A DNA stretch of 64,000 nucleotides. Source: an uncultured Bacilli bacterium. GTDB taxonomy: Bacteria > Bacillota_I > Bacilli_A > RF39 > UBA660. The notes below the pieces were generated by a model. It was not told the origin of the DNA. It did not search any database and saw nothing but the letters and a program-made list of their open reading frames with translations. Shown in pieces: positions 59,396-64,000 of the stretch. Position numbers and translations under genes: made by a program. The stretch lies in NCBI GenBank assembly GCA_944332435.1, contig CALVJW010000002.1:8353-72352 (forward strand), in the 5' to 3' direction. The stretch's first letter is position 1; every line of letters begins with the position of its first letter.

Positions 59396-59740
59396 TTATT
59401 CTGCTACTAACTTATTTAAAGCACCAAAAGTTTCCTCTATTCCCATCGTTACATACTTTCCAATTGCTTCCGACATCGAATAACCAAAATCAGATATTTT
59501 ATTACTATAATCTTTATTAGAATTTTCTAAATAATCATTAATGTCAACTTTTTTTCCAGCCGCTACATCTGCTTCAAATTTTTTTATTTGTTCACTCGTA
59601 AAAGTTGCTTTTTTCTGTTGTTCATATTCATAATAACCCGTTGCCTGTGATGTATAAAGGGTTAAAAAGGTAATTAATAAAACAGTAAAACAAAAACGAA
59701 AAATTCTTTTATAAATTTTTACTTTATCTTCTCGTTTCAA
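59396..59740 (-). CDS. YqxA-like small membrane-anchored protein (by position between spoIIP and lepA)
   Basis: 114 aa with an N-terminal TM helix. The synteny matches B. subtilis gpr-spoIIP-yqxA-lepA. Confidence 0.4.
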   Translation of the reverse strand: MKREDKVKIYKRIFRFCFTVLLITFLTLYTSQATGYYEYEQQKKATFTSEQIKKFEADVAAGKKVDINDYLENSNKDYSNKISDFGYSMSEAIGKYVTMGIEETFGALNKLVAE

Positions 59741-60774
59741 TCTATCTCCTCCAAATATTCTGTAATAACAGTGGATAACACTTCAATCGTATTACTTACT
59801 TCATCAATCGTATTTTCATAACCACCACATTCTATTAAAATAACATTTCCATTTACATCTTGGTTATAAACCCCATTCACACCAGCACCTTTTTTTTGCA
59901 TAATACCACGACTTAACTTTGGATATTTAGTATTAATTAAATCACTAATTTTTTTAGAAACTGTCATATTTTTCTGATAATTAGGATTATTTAATCCAAT
60001 TACAAATAATACTTTTGCATAATTTTTACCTTGAATTTGAATGGTAGAAGCTGATTTAGGAATTGCATCTCTGTGAATATCAATAAGTAAATCTATTTCT
60101 GGATATTTTGTAAGTGTTTGGTTCATAAATTGTTTACTCGCTTTATAGGTATCTTTTACCGTCCAATGATTTAAATTCATAAACTCATTAATATTCGTCT
60201 CTTCAACAATCGTTCCAATCCCATTCTTATTTAACTTTTCTTTTAATAAATAAGAAGCCATCATAACATTAGGTGTAATATTATACGGTTCTAAATTTTT
60301 CATACTATAATTCTCTGTTTGATGTGTATTGTAAAGATATACTCTAACATCTTTTACTTTTTCTGAATTTGGATCTTTAATATATTCTGTTTCTTTACTA
60401 ACCATTTCTTCTTGTTCTTCCATTAAATTATTATTTTCATTTTGAACAAAGACACTTTCTTTCTTAAATGGTTCTTGTTTATAATGAAATACAGTTTCTA
60501 AGGTTTGTTCAGGATTTTGCATATCAATTCCCGTCAATAATTTTGTTACTTTTGTAAGAAGACTATTTTGATCTTTTTCGTATAAAATATGATGATTACT
60601 ATCTTTCATCATTGCTCTTAAAAAATCTTCGTTATTATTAGTAAGTTGTACTTTAATCAGTAATCCACTTCCGATTTGATAAATAAAATATATTCCCAAA
60701 ATTAAAATTATATATTTCATTTTTTTTAAAGACTTTTTCTTTCTTCTTTTTGCGACAAATCTTCTTCTCATCAT
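59737..60774 (-). CDS. spoIIP: stage II sporulation protein P
   Basis: N-terminal TM helix, then SpoIIP motifs VYLYNTHQTENYS and VILIECGGYENT. Confidence 0.75.
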   Translation of the reverse strand: MMRRRFVAKRRKKKSLKKMKYIILILGIYFIYQIGSGLLIKVQLTNNNEDFLRAMMKDSNHHILYEKDQNSLLTKVTKLLTGIDMQNPEQTLETVFHYKQEPFKKESVFVQNENNNLMEEQEEMVSKETEYIKDPNSEKVKDVRVYLYNTHQTENYSMKNLEPYNITPNVMMASYLLKEKLNKNGIGTIVEETNINEFMNLNHWTVKDTYKASKQFMNQTLTKYPEIDLLIDIHRDAIPKSASTIQIQGKNYAKVLFVIGLNNPNYQKNMTVSKKISDLINTKYPKLSRGIMQKKGAGVNGVYNQDVNGNVILIECGGYENTIDEVSNTIEVLSTVITEYLEEID

Positions 60775-60893
60775 ATCACCTTCACCATTATATATGTTAG
60801 AATACGAAAAACATGTCACTTTTTCTTTCAAAAAAAAGTAGTCTTGCTACTTTTTTAACGGGATTTTTCTTAATCTAAACATTCAACAAAAAA

Positions 60894-61904
60894 TTATAAC
60901 TGGTGTAAGACCTGATTTAGACTACTTGCAAGCATTTGACTTTGCTTTTTTATTAAAAAATCAATTTCTTTTGGTGTTACAATTAAATTATATCCAACAG
61001 GTGTTAATACTTCAATAAATAATTGTTTTAATTCTTCTTCTGTTAAATAGCCAAGTAATCCGAGTAATTCCACTTTATCTTCTGGGGAAGCGGTTACTTC
61101 TTTTTCTAAATAGTTGACAGTTCCGCTCACCACTAGTTTGGAAGATGGTTTTTTATGATTCGATTTTGTATATGAGAAATGTTGATGCATAAATTTGACG
61201 GTATCACTTACCACGGTTACTAAATCTACAACGGTTGGAATTCCAATCGCAATAACAGGGACTCCAATCGTTTCTTTACTAATTTCTTTTCGTTTATTTC
61301 CAACTCCACTTCCAGGATGAATTCCAGTATCTGTAATTTGGATTGTTTTATTTACTCGAGAAATAGAGCTACTTTTTAAAGCATCTATTACAAGAATGAA
61401 ATCTGGCTTTACTTCGTCTACCACCCCTTTAATAACTGCAATCGTTTCTATTCCCGTTTCTCCCATTACCCCAGGTGAAATTGCCGCAACATTACGGAAA
61501 CGTGGATCTACATCACCAATTTCATATAAATGTCTCGTTACAATCACTTCTTCTATTGCAAGTGGTCCTAATGCATCAGGGGTTGATTTATCATTTCCTA
61601 ATCCTACAACTAAAATAACACTATTTTTTGTCATTCCCATTTCTTCTAATAATTGTCTCAATTGTTTTACAACCGCTGCTTCCACTTTTTGCCGATTTTG
61701 TGTATATTTAATATCTAGAAACTTAATCGTTACATAACTACCTTTCTTTTTATCAATAACATTCGCTTCTTCTTTTGATAAAATCATTTTAGTAACCGTA
61801 ATATTATCTTCCAAAATCCGCTCTTGTTTACTTTGATTTCCTGCTTCATCGATTGCAAGATCCGTACGAATTTCATAATTTGATAAATCAATTTCATGTT
61901 TCAT
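60894..61904 (-). CDS. gpr: germination protease (GPR endopeptidase)
   Basis: DLSNYEIRTDLAIDEA N-terminus and A25 peptidase core. GGTGAT RBS before ATG 61904. Confidence 0.8.
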   Translation of the reverse strand: MKHEIDLSNYEIRTDLAIDEAGNQSKQERILEDNITVTKMILSKEEANVIDKKKGSYVTIKFLDIKYTQNRQKVEAAVVKQLRQLLEEMGMTKNSVILVVGLGNDKSTPDALGPLAIEEVIVTRHLYEIGDVDPRFRNVAAISPGVMGETGIETIAVIKGVVDEVKPDFILVIDALKSSSISRVNKTIQITDTGIHPGSGVGNKRKEISKETIGVPVIAIGIPTVVDLVTVVSDTVKFMHQHFSYTKSNHKKPSSKLVVSGTVNYLEKEVTASPEDKVELLGLLGYLTEEELKQLFIEVLTPVGYNLIVTPKEIDFLIKKQSQMLASSLNQVLHQL

Positions 61905-62010
61905 TATAATCACCACTATTATTTTTACCAAAAATCCCCGTTTTTATTTGCAATTTCTTATAATTATGATAAAATAGATGTGTGCTTAAGAACTGGGAGG
62001 TGAAAGAACT

Positions 62011-62274
62011 ATGGCAAATATGAAAAATGCTAAAAAAGCAATCAAAACAATTAAAAAGAAAAAAGAAAGTAATAATGTATTTAAAGCAAGTATGAGAACT
62101 GCAATTAAAAATGTAGAAAAAGCAGTGATTGCAAAAGATATTGACGGAGCAAAAGAAGCTTTAAATATTGCAATTAAGAGAATTGATAAAGCTTGTAGCA
62201 AAGGTGTTGTTACTAGTAACTTCGCAGCTCGTAATAAATCTAGATTGACAAAAAAAGTAAATGAAATGAAGTAA
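62011..62274 (+). CDS. rpsT: 30S ribosomal protein S20
   Basis: MANMKNAKKAIKTIKKKKESN...AARNKSRLTKKV; GGGAGGTGA RBS. Confidence 0.9.
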   Translation: MANMKNAKKAIKTIKKKKESNNVFKASMRTAIKNVEKAVIAKDIDGAKEALNIAIKRIDKACSKGVVTSNFAARNKSRLTKKVNEMK

Positions 62275-62298
62275 TAAAGATTACTTCTTTTTATTTTC
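62269..62298 (+). terminator. rho-independent terminator of rpsT
   Basis: GAAGTAAT-aaag-ATTACTTC hairpin followed by TTTTTATTTT. Confidence 0.65.
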
Positions 62299-62332
62299 CT
62301 AAAAGTTTGTTATAATAAGACAAGGTGATGCT

Positions 62333-63256
62333 ATGAAAAAGATATTAGCGTATATTACTTTGAGTATTGTTCTACTGGCGCTCGTTTTTTATAATGATAC
62401 TATTACAAATTTCATTATGGTAAACTTTATTTATAAACGAGATATTGTAATAGAAGAACCAAATCCATATAAAAAGAATACAAAATATCAATATGTTACA
62501 GAAGTATCTGACTTTGAGCCAAATAATAAAAAAGATCTAATGAATATTATCTATACCATTTTAAATAATGGATGGGATTCTTTTACCTTTTTCTGTGATA
62601 CTGAATATAAAGATTGTACCAAAGATGTCAATGAATTAATTGATAATAAAGATTTACTTTCTAATTTAAATAATTTTGTAAGTCCATATAATTCTTATAA
62701 TCGATTATTTGTAAATTATAATAATTTTGGCAAAGTAACAATTGATGTAGAAAAAATATATAGTGAAGAACAAATCAAACAAGTGGATAACAAAATTGAT
62801 GAAATTATGAAAACGCTTATTAAACCAACAATGACAACAGAAGAAAAAATTAAAGCATATCATGACTATATAATCAATACGACTGTATACGATAGTGTGA
62901 ACGCAGAAAAATTAAAAAATAATCAAGAAATTAATCGTGCTGAAAATGCACATAATGCTTATGGACTACTTTTTAATCACAAAAGTTTATGTGGTGGCTA
63001 CAGTGATGCAATCGCAATTTTCTTAGATAAATTAAATATTCCAAACATGAAAGTGTCAACTTATTCTCATGTATGGAATTTAGTCTATATCAATAATCAA
63101 TGGTATCATTTAGATGCAACATGGGATGATCCGGTTGTTGATACAAATGAAAATTTATTACTTCATAATTACTTTTTAATTTCTAATCAGCAATTACAAC
63201 AAAGAGACCCTCTTTATCATAAATTTGATTCTTCTATTTATGTAGAGGCACAATAA
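62333..63256 (+). CDS. membrane-anchored transglutaminase-like (Cys-His-Asp) domain protein
   Basis: N-terminal TM helix. C-terminal CGGYSDAIAIF...HVWNLVYI...D arrangement typical of the transglutaminase-like cysteine peptidase superfamily. Confidence 0.5.
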   Translation: MKKILAYITLSIVLLALVFYNDTITNFIMVNFIYKRDIVIEEPNPYKKNTKYQYVTEVSDFEPNNKKDLMNIIYTILNNGWDSFTFFCDTEYKDCTKDVNELIDNKDLLSNLNNFVSPYNSYNRLFVNYNNFGKVTIDVEKIYSEEQIKQVDNKIDEIMKTLIKPTMTTEEKIKAYHDYIINTTVYDSVNAEKLKNNQEINRAENAHNAYGLLFNHKSLCGGYSDAIAIFLDKLNIPNMKVSTYSHVWNLVYINNQWYHLDATWDDPVVDTNENLLLHNYFLISNQQLQQRDPLYHKFDSSIYVEAQ

Positions 63257-63284
63257 AAGAGTTCTTTATAGAACTCTTTTTACA
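63255..63284 (+). terminator. bidirectional rho-independent terminator (62333 gene and miaA)
   Basis: AAAGAGTTC-ttta-TAGAACTCTTT hairpin flanked by A/T runs. Confidence 0.6.
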
Positions 63285-64000
63285 TTGTTGTTTTCAAATA
63301 TTGATATACTTCTTCTACAGTTTCTTGAAAGTTTTGAAAATTAACATCAAACCACGTTACTTTCATTTGATTACGAAACCACGTATACTGTCTCTTCGCA
63401 TATTTTCTACTATTCTGTTTTATTTTATCTAAACAATGTTCTAATGTATCATTTCCTTCAAAATAAGGAAATAACTCTTTATAGCCAATTGGTGTCATAA
63501 CTGCTTTTGAGCGAATATTGGAATCATAAATCTTCTTTGCTTCTTTCAATAAGCCTTGTTTTACCATATCATCAACTCGATTATTAATTTTTTGGTAAAG
63601 CATTTCACGGTCTGTAGTAAGTCCAATTGTAATAACTGGATAAATTAATTTTTCTGTGATTTCTTTTGTACTAAACGATTTTCCAGTTTCCAAATAATAA
63701 TTGTAGGCGCGAATTACACGTTTTCGATTATTTTGATGAATTGTCGTATTTGGGTCAACAGCTAATAACATTTGATAAAGTTCCGCATCAGATAAAGACT
63801 CATATTGACTGTTAAATTTTCCTTCCGTAAACTGATAATCATAGACTGCTGCTTTTATATATAATCCCGTACCACCTACTAAAATAGGCACAATATTTTG
63901 ATGTAGTAATGTATCAATTTCTTTTCTACAATCTTTTTGATAATCATAAACAGTATACTCTTCTTTTATTCCTTTTATATCAAATAAATGATGAGGAATT
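63280..64000 (-). CDS. miaA: tRNA dimethylallyltransferase, C-terminal 240 codons (N-terminus beyond the window end)
   Basis: The in-frame translation continues past the track's GTG as ...IPHHLFDIKGIKEEYTVYDYQKDCRKEIDTLLHQNIVPILVGGTGLY..., which is typical of MiaA. The ORF is open to the window edge. Confidence 0.8.
   Translation of the reverse strand, partial: IPHHLFDIKGIKEEYTVYDYQKDCRKEIDTLLHQNIVPILVGGTGLYIKAAVYDYQFTEGKFNSQYESLSDAELYQMLLAVDPNTTIHQNNRKRVIRAYNYYLETGKSFSTKEITEKLIYPVITIGLTTDREMLYQKINNRVDDMVKQGLLKEAKKIYDSNIRSKAVMTPIGYKELFPYFEGNDTLEHCLDKIKQNSRKYAKRQYTWFRNQMKVTWFDVNFQNFQETVEEVYQYLKTTM

Noticed and set aside
1-64000. CRISPR arrays, IS elements, rRNA or tRNA genes
   Set aside because: No regularly spaced direct repeats, no transposase-like ORFs or terminal inverted repeats, and no tRNA cloverleaf or rRNA-like conserved stretches were recognised in the window.

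Overview
Low-GC (about 28-30% GC) chromosomal window from an anaerobic, spore-forming Firmicute. The call rests on an [FeFe]-hydrogenase fragment, rubrerythrin plus a PerR-like Fur, Rnf subunits, spoIIP/gpr, and the B. subtilis-like order rpsT-gpr-spoIIP-yqxA-lepA. Nearly every gene is on the minus strand. Three blocks make up most of the window. (a) 5.1-21.1 kb is a cell-surface polysaccharide locus: GtrA/GtrB, three GT2/GT4 transferases, split Alg14/Alg13-like domains each fused to a large polytopic membrane domain, a Wzx-like flippase, two LicD paralogs, two acyltransferase-3 proteins, and TarI/TarJ for CDP-ribitol. This predicts a ribitol-phosphate-decorated glycan. (b) The rest is mostly housekeeping: mtaB, rsmE, rnr, dnaB/dnaI, yebC, rnc, yidD, rpmB, proS, mutL, uvrC, tsf, rpsB, rpsU, lepA, rpsT, miaA. 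(c) Several small accessory islands are the most interesting part. The first is an unannotated pair of overlapping double-glycine-leader peptide genes (47 and 54 aa), translationally coupled to a C39-peptidase ABC exporter and a 142-aa accessory protein. It looks like a compact two-peptide class II bacteriocin-like locus. The second is a roughly 570-nt GC-rich structured ncRNA with its own sigma-A promoter, directly upstream of a 22-kDa four-TM protein with a Lys-rich N-terminus; the best fit is OLE RNA plus OapA. The third is two tandem paralogous amidoligase-like (GS-fold) proteins next to a divergent pair of XRE regulators. Other oddities: a degenerate RNB (RNase II/R-family) paralog coupled to rnr, an RnfC-RnfD pair with no other Rnf subunits, and ribosomal protein S2 with a C-terminal Rho_N/SAP-like tail. 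No CRISPR array, rRNA, tRNA or obvious transposase was seen. All calls come from reading ORF translations and motifs by eye; no database search was possible.
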